Assembly (NCBI GenBank): GCA_965644315.1
Contig: CBFFRQ010000044.1
Span: forward strand, 310,001-374,000
DNA: 64,000 bases
Direction: 5' to 3'
DNA from: Caecitellus pseudoparvulus
Lineage: Eukaryota > Protista > Bigyra: Bicosoecida
Shown: in pieces, positions 46,219 through 56,496 of the stretch
How positions within the stretch are numbered: position 1 is the stretch's first letter
Layout of the letters: every line of letters starts with the position of its first letter
Made by a program: the position numbers and the translations under genes
Notes under the pieces: model-generated
What the model saw: only the letters and a program-made list of their open reading frames with translations
What the model was told of the DNA's origin: nothing
The model's database searches: none

Positions 46219-47311
46219 TCACGCCGAAGCTGCCTTGCGCCGCGGTTTTTTGTGACTGCCGCTGCGCTGCCCGCCAAACACCGCAGCGAGCACGTCGGGT
46301 GCAACGTCGCCCCCTCGCCGCCCTGCATCGCCACGTTCAAAGCCATCCTCTGCTACGCTTGTGAAACCCATGACAGCACGCCCCTCGGCGTCCAGGGGCG
46401 TCAGCTGGTTGAACGAGCGTTTCACGCCGCCCATGCTGTCGCCGGCGGCAGCAGCAGATTCCCCGGCACCTTGCCGCTGCAAACGCTTGGAAATCTCAGT
46501 GCGAGTCTTGTAATCCTCCGTCTCGGCGCGCACATTGGCCACACTCTGTCGAACCTTGGATGCTCGCATGCGCTTCTCATAAGCTGGGGAGGAGCGCGCG
46601 TGTGAGTGGCGGTGCCGCGGTGGCAGCGTTTGAGGGCCACCCGCCGTCGCCTCCACTCACCTAGCTTCTCCTTCAAGTGCGCCCACTTGAAGCCAGACAA
46701 GTACTTCATCGTCCACAGCTCACCCCCATACAGGCCTTTGCCCTTGGGGTCTGTGCGGGCACGGGTTGGAGTGCAAGCACGTTGCCATGCGCAGCAGTGT
46801 CAGGCGCTGGCCCGCGCACGCACCGACTGGTGTGGTGTTCAGCTGACTCGCCACGAGCTTGGCAGTTTGCTTGTCAGCGTACTCCACCCACCCCTCGATC
46901 CAGTTCTCCCGGCGGCTGCCGCCCTTGCGCACTCGTGCCGCTCGCACCGCCGATTCTGTGCTCCGGCGCGCATGGCCACACGTGCGGTGCAGAACATGCG
47001 GCAGGAGACGCCGGCCTGGCAGCGCGCACGACGCACCCTCCGGCACGATGTAGATGCGGGTCACTTCCCCATACCGAGCCAGTAGCTGCCGCACTGTCAC
47101 TGGCTTCATGAAGCGGGGGATGCGTGAGAGATAGATCTGTGACGGAGAGCAGGCTGCATGCGGAAATTGGTCCCTCCACGCGTGCCCTGTTGCCACGCAC
47201 AATGCCCCGCTTCTTCTGTTCCTCCACGAAATCCCGCGCATGTTTGTCACTGATGACCTTCCTGCCTTGCACCTGGGGTGCCCCCAAGGCAGCGGGTGCT
47301 GGGGCTGACAT
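46219..47311 (-). CDS. ESF2: Pre-rRNA processing protein ESF2/ABT1 (4 introns)
   Basis: Exons read KRGI|IYLSRIP..MKP, YGEVTRIY, EGWVEYADK..AK.VA..LN and LWTMKYLSGFKWAHL.EKL. Confidence 0.92.
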
Positions 47312-47733
47312 GGTGCCGGAGCACTCGCGTGCAGTGTGCAAACGTGTGTGCGTGCGGTGGAGCAGGCTGCCTGGCGCCTGAGCGGGGTGCTGGGCCACAG
47401 TGCACGAATGCTAGATGTTGCTTGGTGTGAAGACTGATTTGTGGTGCGTGAATGACTGGGACGCTCACTGCTGTGGCGTGGGCGCTGGCCAGTGCGCGAG
47501 GAGCCCCGTGCATGCAGTGCGCCGATTTGGCTCAGAGCACTGCCGCGGAGTGGGCAAAATCCACCCTCCCAGAGGTTGCCAGTGTGTGCACACTATTGGA
47601 TGGTGTGTACTTGGCCTGCTGCCCCGTGCGGCTTCCCGCCCGTGGCAGCCCCTGCAGCGAGCAGCGGCAGTGGCGTTTCGTCGTGTGCGAAACCCCCTCC
47701 AACACCCACGGCCTACGACGCAGCACTGGCGCC

Positions 47734-50700
47734 ATGGCGGCTGCAGCTGCCCGGGTACCTGCGGAAGAGTCAGGCCAGCCCCACGCACCAGCTGAGGCGC
47801 CTCGCAGTGACTCCAAGTCGCGCGACCTGTGGCAGCGCCAGGCCCGTCCCATGGTGTATGAGCGAGGTGCGGGGCTTGTGGGCCTGTCCAACCTCGGCAA
47901 CACCTGCTTCCTGAACAGCGTCCTGCAGGCGCTGGGCGCCATCCCGGCCTGGCAGCGGTACTTCTGCGAAGTGACCTTCAACAGCCTTCCAGCGCTGCAG
48001 CCTGGCCGCAGTCACATGGCATCCGCCCTCACCACCCTGCTGCTGCAGCAGTGGGGCGGCAACAGCCACGTGGCTGCCATCCAACCACGGGGCGTGCTGC
48101 GACACCTGGCCAAGTCCAACCCTCTCTTCGGCGGGTTTCAACAGCAGGACGCACACGAGGCGCTGCGTTTCCTGCTCAACATAACGCACGACCTGCTGGC
48201 CGTGCAAGTTCCGCAGCCGTACCTGGCGCTGGTGACCAGCCCCCCCGTGCGTTTCGGGGACCCTGCACAGGAGGGAGGGGGCAGCACCCCCCCTGCACAC
48301 CCCTACATGGACCGTTCCTGGCTGCGGGAAGGGCCGTACGTGCCCCCCCCCCACACCGAGGCATCAGTGGTGTCGGATTTGTTTGAGGGCATTCTGGCGA
48401 GTCGAGTCACCTGCGCTGCATGCCAGCGCGAGTCAGTCACGTTCGAAACCTGCTTTGATCTGTCCCTGCCCATCGCCACCTCCAGGCACCGCAAAACGCA
48501 GCAGGGGGCTGCGCCAGCACAGGCTGCTTCAGTGGCGGGGCCCGCATCTGTGTGTGCTGTGCGTGGGGGGGGTGCAGGGGGGGTGCTGGCAGCGCGGGGC
48601 GTGTCAGCACACCCCCCCCATCACCCAGGCGGGCCTGCCCCCCCCCCTTCCTCCTCTGCATCCAAGCAGGCGGACTCAGGGCGGAGTGTGGGGGTGGAGT
48701 CACTGCAGGTGACTCCCATGTCTCCTTCCGCAGCCACAGCTGCTGGCAGCAGCACGTCGCGGGGAGAGTGGGGGGAGGGGGCAGTGCAGAACACACACTC
48801 GGAACACGTGAGTCTCTGTGTCTCCCTTGCCGATCTGCCTACGTCCCCCCAAGCCCTGCCCAGCGGCGTCACTGCCGAGGGAGCTCTGCCAGCGGTTCGC
48901 GTGGAAGTGCGAAACGCTCGAGCCGCACCTGTGCACCTGCACGCCCCGCCTGGTGCGTTGCGCCGTGCTGAGCCTATTTCCACCGCCCAGCTCATGGGCG
49001 CCTTTGGCAGTGGGGGGTCTCCTGCAGCTCCAGCACGCGCTGCTTCAACTGCAACTGAAAGTGCAACTTCAGCGGCAGAGCCGTCGCCCACCCCATCCGG
49101 CAGGGTGGCGCCCGTGATAGGGGCGAGTGACCAGCCAGGCGGCTTGACGGGGGAGCTCAGTGACGGCAGTGACTCAGGGGACGAAGAAGTGCCGCTCACG
49201 TGTTGGGAGCGGATGTTTTGCGGAGGTGGCGGCGGCGGCAGTGGCGGTTGTTGGGGCGGCTGGGGCACCCCTGTCAGTGTCATGGACTGCTTGCACCACT
49301 ACTTTGAAGCAGAGACACTGTCGGGATCCAACGCATACGCGTGCGGGCATTGCGCGCGCAAGACTCCTGCGTTACGGCGTGGAGCAGTCGCGTCCCCGCC
49401 CCAAGTGCTGGTGCTGCATTTGAAGCGTTTCAGCCACTCTGGCACGTGGGGGCAGAAGCTTTCGACGCGGGTGACGTTTCCACTGACAGGCCTGGACATG
49501 ACGCCCTTCATTTGGCCTGATGCGGTGCACGCGGCATCTGCTGCGTTGGGCGAGGCGCAAGCAAGTGCGCCACCTGCGGAGGCAGGCACCGGGCCGACAC
49601 TGCCGCCCAACCCGGCGCCATTCGCGAGCCCCCATCCATGCGTGCCGCGTGCGACGGAGTCACCCTTCAGTGACTCGATCGCACACCGACTGGTGGGCCA
49701 GGCACACGTGTCTGCGGCGGTGGGCGCTGCGCACAGTACAGCGCTGGCTGGTGAGCGGTTGGGGGGTGCCGCCCCCCCCACCACGCTACCCACGCCCCCC
49801 CCCCACACGCACAGAGCCGTGTACAATCTTGCGTCCGTTGTGCGACACATCGGGGGGTATGGCGGCGGGCACTACATCGCATTCGGTCGCAACGACCAGG
49901 ACGGCGGGGAGGCGCTGCTGACGACGCCGCCGCCCGGCACGCCCCCCCATGCCCCTGCCGGCACGTGGTACCGGTACGACGACAGCTCAGTGTCACGTGT
50001 GTCAGCAGACACGGTGGCGGGAACGGAGGCGTACATCCTCGTGTACGTGTTGACTCGGCCAGCCGCCGACTTCGTGCCAGCTGCCGCTGCTGCGTTGCAG
50101 CCCGCCCGTGGTGCGGCGAGCTTGCCGCGACCCCTGGCTTCCATCCCCGATGTAAGATCGTTGATTTCTGCGCCCCTCGTTTTAGCCGGCGCCGCCACCC
50201 CCCCAGGCTCCGTGGCTGTGTCCGTTCCGCTGCCGTTTGCGCGGCACTACCGAGTGGTGGCGGGGGGGGCGGCCGGTGTGTCAGAGGCCCCCCCTGGGTG
50301 GGTGCACGTGTCACGGTGGTGGTGGTTGAAGTTGCAGTGCACCGCCCACCCTGGTCCTGTCACCAGTGCTGACATCGCGACGGACCATGGTTGTTTGAAG
50401 CCGGAGGTGGTGGCTGCGTGGGGGGATCAAATTCCGCACGGCGTCGTGCGCCTGCCCCTGGCCGTGTACGAGTGGCTGGTGCGGCACTACGGTGCCGCGG
50501 GGCCGCCGCTGTGGAGTTTGGCGCCGTGTGCGGAGAGTTTGCGCGAGGCTCGTGCCCTGGCCGAGCGCCGAGCGGCGGAACAGGAGCGGGTCGCAGCTGC
50601 CGACACGCGCAGCGTCGGCGCCGACGGCGGGGTGGGGGAGGGTGCGGAGGACCCAGCTTGGTACATTATCAGTGCCGCGTGGCTGCGGCAGTGGCGGCGT

Positions 50701-51075
50701 TTCATCGGGAACAAGGGGCCCTACGACGGCAGTGGGAGGGGGGCTCTGCCGCCGGGCCCGGTGGACAACACGGCGCTGCTGCGACCTGACGGCAGCCCTG
50801 CGCCGAACCTGCGACCACACACGCACTTCCGGGGTCTGAACAGCAAGGTGTGGGGCATGTTCATTGCCATGTACGGGGGTGGGCCCACCATCCGCCGCGC
50901 GACCATTGACATGTACGACGCCACGCCGCTGCCGCCGCCCCCGCGCGACATTCTGGCCCTGGCACCTCGAGACATCTCGCACATGGGTTTTCCACGTGGC
51001 ACTAGCTGGTTCATCCCACCCCCCCCTGAGCGGCGGGCGAAGGGGGGGGCAGGCAGCCGCAGGCCCCGCCCGTGA
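47734..51075 (+). CDS. Ubiquitin-specific protease with two C-terminal DUSP domains (USP20/33-like)
   Basis: Cys box GLSNLGNTCFLNSVLQAL, QQDAHE, LHLKRF, His box GGHYIAF and WYRYDDS. DUSP motifs PGPV and WYIISAAW...PPGPVDN...YGGGP. Confidence 0.92.
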   Translation: MAAAAARVPAEESGQPHAPAEAPRSDSKSRDLWQRQARPMVYERGAGLVGLSNLGNTCFLNSVLQALGAIPAWQRYFCEVTFNSLPALQPGRSHMASALTTLLLQQWGGNSHVAAIQPRGVLRHLAKSNPLFGGFQQQDAHEALRFLLNITHDLLAVQVPQPYLALVTSPPVRFGDPAQEGGGSTPPAHPYMDRSWLREGPYVPPPHTEASVVSDLFEGILASRVTCAACQRESVTFETCFDLSLPIATSRHRKTQQGAAPAQAASVAGPASVCAVRGGGAGGVLAARGVSAHPPHHPGGPAPPPSSSASKQADSGRSVGVESLQVTPMSPSAATAAGSSTSRGEWGEGAVQNTHSEHVSLCVSLADLPTSPQALPSGVTAEGALPAVRVEVRNARAAPVHLHAPPGALRRAEPISTAQLMGAFGSGGSPAAPARAASTATESATSAAEPSPTPSGRVAPVIGASDQPGGLTGELSDGSDSGDEEVPLTCWERMFCGGGGGGSGGCWGGWGTPVSVMDCLHHYFEAETLSGSNAYACGHCARKTPALRRGAVASPPQVLVLHLKRFSHSGTWGQKLSTRVTFPLTGLDMTPFIWPDAVHAASAALGEAQASAPPAEAGTGPTLPPNPAPFASPHPCVPRATESPFSDSIAHRLVGQAHVSAAVGAAHSTALAGERLGGAAPPTTLPTPPPHTHRAVYNLASVVRHIGGYGGGHYIAFGRNDQDGGEALLTTPPPGTPPHAPAGTWYRYDDSSVSRVSADTVAGTEAYILVYVLTRPAADFVPAAAAALQPARGAASLPRPLASIPDVRSLISAPLVLAGAATPPGSVAVSVPLPFARHYRVVAGGAAGVSEAPPGWVHVSRWWWLKLQCTAHPGPVTSADIATDHGCLKPEVVAAWGDQIPHGVVRLPLAVYEWLVRHYGAAGPPLWSLAPCAESLREARALAERRAAEQERVAAADTRSVGADGGVGEGAEDPAWYIISAAWLRQWRRFIGNKGPYDGSGRGALPPGPVDNTALLRPDGSPAPNLRPHTHFRGLNSKVWGMFIAMYGGGPTIRRATIDMYDATPLPPPPRDILALAPRDISHMGFPRGTSWFIPPPPERRAKGGAGSRRPRP

Positions 51076-51091
51076 GGCGAGCAGGGGACGT

Positions 51092-52237
51092 TCACGATGA
51101 GTCACCGTGCGCAAGTGCTGCGTTGCTGAGGACGTCGGATACAGCTGCAGTGTGACTCGCTGCCAGGCAGCTGGCGAGGGCGCGAGTCACTGCCCGTGCC
51201 GTGACGTTCGACCACGTGGGGTCGCCTGACGCGACCAGCTCGGCGTGCAGCGACCCCGCATCCAGCGCGGCGGGGAACTGCAGCGCTTTCGCCAGTGCTG
51301 CGTTGCACATGGGGGGCGCAGCCGGAACACGGCTGCCGCCCCTCGCGCCAATGGCATCTCGGAACACCTCCATCGCCGCCGCACCCTTGGCTTCAGCGGA
51401 GGCTGGCTTCGGCAACACATCCGTGAGACTGCGTGTTCCAGGTGTGGGGGGGGTCAGGGGCAGTGGCAGGGGGCCCCTTGCCGGGCCAGGGCTCGGGTCA
51501 CTGGCCATGCGGCCAGAAGTCAACGCCTCCAACGCAGCACGGCGCAGCGCGGCCCCCCAAGCACCCTCCAGCACCTCCAGCGCAGGCGCGTCGGCTGCGG
51601 CGACGACTTTTTTTGGGAAATGGGACAGCAGTGGTGGCGGCGTGCCCTGTCGCCGAGGCTGCAGCAGCCGCGCAGCGGCGGTCAGTTGCACGGCGCCGCT
51701 GAGCCCGGCCACCAACGCATCAGCGCGGTCCCCTGCCAGGGCGGCGCTGCGGGAGCCCTCCGCGCCCCATGGTGCGTTGGGAAACGCAGCACGGGCGAAT
51801 GCAATGGCCTTGTCTTTGCCGCTGGCCCCTGCAGCACCCCCCCCTCCCGAAATACCCAACCGTCCGCGAAGTACCGACGGCACGTCAGTGTGTGTGTAGC
51901 AAGCTCGCTGCCACAGGGCGTGTTGCAGAGCGCCTTGCACCTGGTTCAGCACGAACAAGCCCTGGGTGTGGAAGCGCCCCGCCTGAAAACCCTTCAAGCA
52001 CTCCTCCACCACCGCGACGTGGTGTTGGCCGGGAGGCACCAGCGCGTGAGCAACGCAGGTCACTCGAGCCACCAGCTCGTGGGTGCAGCCGCCAGGCGGC
52101 AGGGTGCAGACAGTGGAGCCCAGGAGTGTCATAGAGGGCCAGGCGATGGCAGAGATGCCCACCGCTCGAGTGCTGACGTCGAAGCCCAGCACGGTGAGGG
52201 GCCGCAGCGACTGCATTGCGGAAATTGAGGCCTGCAT
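51092..52237 (-). CDS. RuvC-like (RNase H fold) nuclease / putative Holliday-junction resolvase
   Basis: VLGFDVSTRAVGISAI (D), VAVVEE (E), KDKAI and DRADAL (DxxD) follow the RuvC catalytic order. Confidence 0.7.
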   Translation of the reverse strand: MQASISAMQSLRPLTVLGFDVSTRAVGISAIAWPSMTLLGSTVCTLPPGGCTHELVARVTCVAHALVPPGQHHVAVVEECLKGFQAGRFHTQGLFVLNQVQGALQHALWQRACYTHTDVPSVLRGRLGISGGGGAAGASGKDKAIAFARAAFPNAPWGAEGSRSAALAGDRADALVAGLSGAVQLTAAARLLQPRRQGTPPPLLSHFPKKVVAAADAPALEVLEGAWGAALRRAALEALTSGRMASDPSPGPARGPLPLPLTPPTPGTRSLTDVLPKPASAEAKGAAAMEVFRDAIGARGGSRVPAAPPMCNAALAKALQFPAALDAGSLHAELVASGDPTWSNVTARAVTRALASCLAASHTAAVSDVLSNAALAHGDSS

Positions 52238-52376
52238 TGCCGCGGTTCTCCGAGGCGTGTTGGCGGCGTGGGGGCAAAGTGACGCGTGCAGTGCACGGTA
52301 CAGGAAGTTCTTTGAAAGTACACGTGAGTGGGGCGATTTGGGAGTTTCTGGATTGTGCTGGCGGGGGGTGGCTGCT

Positions 52377-53630
52377 TCAGTACAAGGCTTCCTTGCGCGT
52401 CTGGCCAGCGGCTGGCTGTCGACACGCCGCTCTCCAGCGCAGCAGCGGCAGGCGAAAATCCACCCAAGCACAGGCCCGCTGAAAGAGAGGGTTGGCTTCA
52501 CAAGGCTGTGGCACTGCCGCCACACAAGCTGCTCGGTGCAGCTGCAGCATCGCTCGAAGACACGCTGCCGCCACGGCAGCTTGGCTCGGCGAGGCACTGC
52601 TGCAATCGACCAAACACTGCCGCAAGGCACATTCGCTCACATGCCACCCATGCAGCATATGGGTGGCCATAGCATGCACTTTGGTAGGTGTGCTGCTGCA
52701 CAACAAGGTCTGCAGGGGCGTCTGGCCGCTCGGCAGTGCTGGCGTGAGCGGCGTGCAGTGCAGCTGAAACGTGGCAGACAACCACTGCACCCAGCCGACG
52801 TGGCAGCGCTGCACCGCGCAGTGCAGGAGCTGAGAGCGCCATGAAGAGTCGCTCAACACACTTTGCGGGCGCAGCTGCACCAGGGCAGCACCAAAGTCTG
52901 GCTCAGCGTGCCCCACCGCCACATGAAGCGACTTGCCTGCTGCGTTGCTGCAGTGCACTTGGCACCCCGCCGCACACAGCGCTTTCAGACACGCAACACT
53001 GCCCCCCGCCGCTGCAAAGGCCAGGAGGCCCCACTGCTCCGGGCTCGTCCAATCCACTGGGCTACCTGCTTCCAACAACGCAGTGAGGCAGTCTGCCGCC
53101 CCAGCCGCAGCAGCGATGGCGAGAGGGCAGGTGCCGTGGAAGTGGTCAGGGGAAGTCACTGCCCCTGCCGCCAGACACGCGCGCACAGCGGCGGCATGTC
53201 CACCCCCTGCAGCGTCGCACAGGGGCGTGCACCGCTCGGGCCCCGCTGCTGCGTTGACGTCTGCACCGCGGGTCAAGAGGTCACTTGCCAGAGTGGCGTT
53301 GCCACGCAAGCAAGCGTAGTGCAGTGCGGAGCGCTGGCCGCACGCACAGGCGTTGACAGAGGCACCAGCCTGCAGCAACACCTCGACCACGTCCCACGCC
53401 CCCACCCGGCTGGCTTCCACGAGGCGCGGTGAGGCGCTGTCCCCGCCAGCTCGAGCGTCAGGGCTTGCTCCTTGCGCCAGCAGGCTTGACACTGTGGCAG
53501 CAGCACCAGGCTGCAGCAAGGCTTGCCCCCGCATGGTCCGCAACGCCTTCGATGCCCGTGCAGCTGTTGCCTTGGGGGAAGGTGCGGGTGGGCGCAGGGG
53601 CGGCCGGGGACCACGAGGAGGCGGCGGCAT
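52377..53630 (-). CDS. Ankyrin-repeat protein
   Basis: Repeats LLQAGASVN, SALHYAC..G, GADVN, TPLCDAA..GH and PLAIAA. Confidence 0.85.
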   Translation of the reverse strand: MPPPPRGPRPPLRPPAPSPKATAARASKALRTMRGQALLQPGAAATVSSLLAQGASPDARAGGDSASPRLVEASRVGAWDVVEVLLQAGASVNACACGQRSALHYACLRGNATLASDLLTRGADVNAAAGPERCTPLCDAAGGGHAAAVRACLAAGAVTSPDHFHGTCPLAIAAAAGAADCLTALLEAGSPVDWTSPEQWGLLAFAAAGGSVACLKALCAAGCQVHCSNAAGKSLHVAVGHAEPDFGAALVQLRPQSVLSDSSWRSQLLHCAVQRCHVGWVQWLSATFQLHCTPLTPALPSGQTPLQTLLCSSTPTKVHAMATHMLHGWHVSECALRQCLVDCSSASPSQAAVAAACLRAMLQLHRAACVAAVPQPCEANPLFQRACAWVDFRLPLLRWRAACRQPAAGQTRKEALY

Positions 53631-53908
53631 GGTTTGCGGAAATTGGGCCAGCACTCTCGGCACAAGAGCTACCCCCCTTCGCAGTAAAGAGGCCGCAACT
53701 GTCAGGCACAGAGCCTCTTGCAGGGAATTGTAGTCAAGGCGCGTGTGCCACACGCTTGGGCGTGCTGCCTCGTCTGGTCATTGTGTATGAGGCTTGCATT
53801 TGTGAGGCGAGGGTGCCTCCCAGTCACAAGCCGTGCTTCCGTTGAGGGCGGTGGATGAGGGAGGGATGTGCCTGCCCAGCACCCCCTCCCCCTGCCAAGC
53901 CACCTGGC

Positions 53909-56224
53909 CTACAAGTGTGCGATGACGGCTGCTGCAGAGGGGGCCTTGGCGGGGCTCAGCTCCTCTGCGTCTGCCCCAGCACGCAGCAGGGCCATGACAC
54001 CGCCCAGTGCAGCCGAGTCAAGCGGGTCAGCCCGTGCTGCCGACAGGGCCAGCTGCAACGCCACACACTGCAGGGGCGTCCACCCGAAGTGCGCAGGCAC
54101 AGTGACATCCAGTTCCAACGCATCAGCGAGCTGCACCACCTGCACGCCGTCCAGTCCGTGCAACGCAGCAAACGTCAGCAGGGTGTGCCCCGCCAGCTCA
54201 GCGATGGGCGACTTGAGGTCGTGCGTTGCCAGCACAGAGCGCAGCAATGCCACGTCCCCGCCTTGCAGCAGCATGGCCACAGCGACGGCCTCCGGTGACC
54301 CAGTGACTCGCATGGGCGCCTGCAGAGTCAACCCGGCGGCGGCGGCGGTGGGGTGGCCCCGAGCGGCGGCAGCCCACAGGCGCAAATGCCGGGCAATTGC
54401 CAGCACCGTGTCCGCCGCCACGCCCCTCCCCTCCTTGCTCGGCGGCTGCGGCGCACCCGGCTGGGGCGAGCTGAAGTCTAGTGTTCGGGGCGCGGCAGTG
54501 GGGGATAGGTGGCCTTGGGACCTGGGCAGTGTGGCGGGGGCGGCCACATCTGCGGCGGGGGCCGTCAAACCAGAGGGTGGGGGGGAGGCGGGCTGCTGCG
54601 TTTCGTCATGCGCCATGCCTGGCGGCAGCGGCTGAGCAGGGGGGGGCTGGCCGCTGCCTGGTCGGGGGGGGGACGCCAACACAGACTGCAGACTGTGCAG
54701 CAGCGTAGGGGGGGGCGCGTCCTCGCCAAGGGCCCCTGCACCCCCCAGAGCACCCCCCCCCGCGGCGCTGCCCAGACTACCTCCTGCCAACCCCCCCGCC
54801 CACACACTGTGCCCCCCCGGCAACCCAGTGGCCATGCCCAGCCCGAACAGTCCCGAAGAAACGCCCAAGTCATCCAGGCCCAGCCCACGCAGTGCAATTG
54901 GCGCCGGGGAGGGGGATGAGTCACTTGCCGCGGCGGGCAGGGACTCATCGGGGATGGTCGGCGGGGCAGACGGGGAGGTGGGCGGAGAGTCACTGGTGGG
55001 TGCCAGGGGAGTCACTAGACCCCCCAGATCTGTCGGGGAGGCGGCAGGTTCCTTGGCGGACCCTGCTGCGCTGTGTTTCAACCGCAGTGGCCGGGGCGGT
55101 GATGCGCTGCCGCCGGAGGGGGGTGCCCGTGAGTCACTTCGCTTGCCCTTCGCCAGTGACCCACGCACAGCACCGAGAAAGGAGATGGGGGAGGAGGAGG
55201 AGCCTCGCTCAGCGGAAAATGCAGGCGGGTTGGGGGTCACTCCCGCTGAGTCACCTGGCACTGTGGGCCCATCGGTGGACCCAGGGCTCACCCCCTCCGC
55301 CTGCAGACTTCCCCCTTTCCCAGCGCTGCCCAGGGCCATTCGCTGCCCAGCCGATGGGTGTGGCAGGCGAGGGGAGCTGCCTGGTTCGCCCATGTTGCTG
55401 CTGCGGTATTTGGCCAGGCGCTCCACCTCCTTGCGCAGGTACGAGTTTACCTCCCGGATGGGTTCCTGAAACGTGCTGGAGTTGCGCTCTGTGCACGGCA
55501 GGGGCAATGCGGCAGTTGTGTGTGGGTGGCTCGCGTGTCTGCCCAGCAGGGGCGCCGCTGCCCTCTCACCCTGCAGCAGCCACAACAGGCCCAACACCTG
55601 GTGGGGAGTGCACCGTCGCTCCAGCACTGCAATGACGTCCGGGCGCAGCTTCATGGCGCGTTCAAGGCGCCTGGCCTCGGCTTCGGGGGCGGGGGGGTCT
55701 CTGCACCACCATTCGGGCTGCACAAGGGAGGGGGGAGGCGGTGCCTGCGCCGTGCCAGGGCTGCCGTCACACCATCAGCGGGGCAGGCGCACTGCAAGGC
55801 TGGTTGCGGCAGCTGTGGGGCACACACCTCCTCGGTCATGCGGCGGAAGATGAGACGGGAAATGTAGCTGCTGCAGTTCTTCACTGGGTTTCCCTGGCAA
55901 GCGGAGGGGGGGGCAAGGGCGGGTGTCTTGCTGTGGGCGTCGGGTTCAAACGCCATGTTCCGCAGGTTGCACGGCAGCGGCAACAGCGGCGCCGACAGCC
56001 AACGCAGAGTCAAGAGCACTCACCCTGCGCATGCGGTTTACCAATACCTCCAGCATTTGATACTGCAGCGTGGGTGGGCAGATGCCTAGGAGGAAGGAGG
56101 CGTCCTTGTCCAGCGGCACCTGACTGCGCATGCGGCGAAGCTCCGCCTTGCCGGGCTGGGGGCCGCGCAGAGACTCCAAAATGGCATCACTGTTGACAGT
56201 CTTGAGTGTGACTGGACTGGCCAT
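53909..56224 (-). CDS. Protein with two N-terminal helical repeats (hnRNP Q acidic-domain-like), disordered middle and C-terminal ankyrin repeats; introns 55894-56023, 55718-55827, ~55489-55569
   Basis: Spliced repeats LDKDA..LL..CPP.LQ..ML..L..R...PVKNCSSYI and LRPDV..VL..CTPHQ..LL..L..R...PIREVNSYL. Ankyrin motifs GHTLLTFAA, GWTPLQ and LLRAGAD. Confidence 0.6.
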
Positions 56225-56496
56225 GGTTTCGTGTCTTTCTTCGAGCCTGGTGCGTCCTCGGCGTCAGGCAGGCGGCAGAAACCTTTCGTTCACACCACGC
56301 CGGTTGCGGGGCGGCAAGTGGACAAGCAGGGCCCAAGCAGCAATCAGCTGCGTGACTCGCTGCCGATAAGGGAGGGGGGTGCAGCTCATGTGGCCAGGGG
56401 GGCAGACTGTGTTGATTGCTGAATTTTGGCACACGGATGCCCCGGGGTGTTTGGTGGCCACTTCGGGCTCTGGCCTCAGCAACACATGCCGCTGGG

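Noticed and set aside
51092-52237. RuvC gene as Fanzor/TnpB or a transposase
   Set aside because: The first catalytic Asp is at the N-terminus. There is no WED/REC region, Zn finger, terminal repeat or room for a 3' guide RNA (the next gene's stop is 16 nt away).
2209-56023. Introns as Introner-like mobile elements
   Set aside because: The introns compared by eye share only splice signals, with no internal similarity or terminal repeats.
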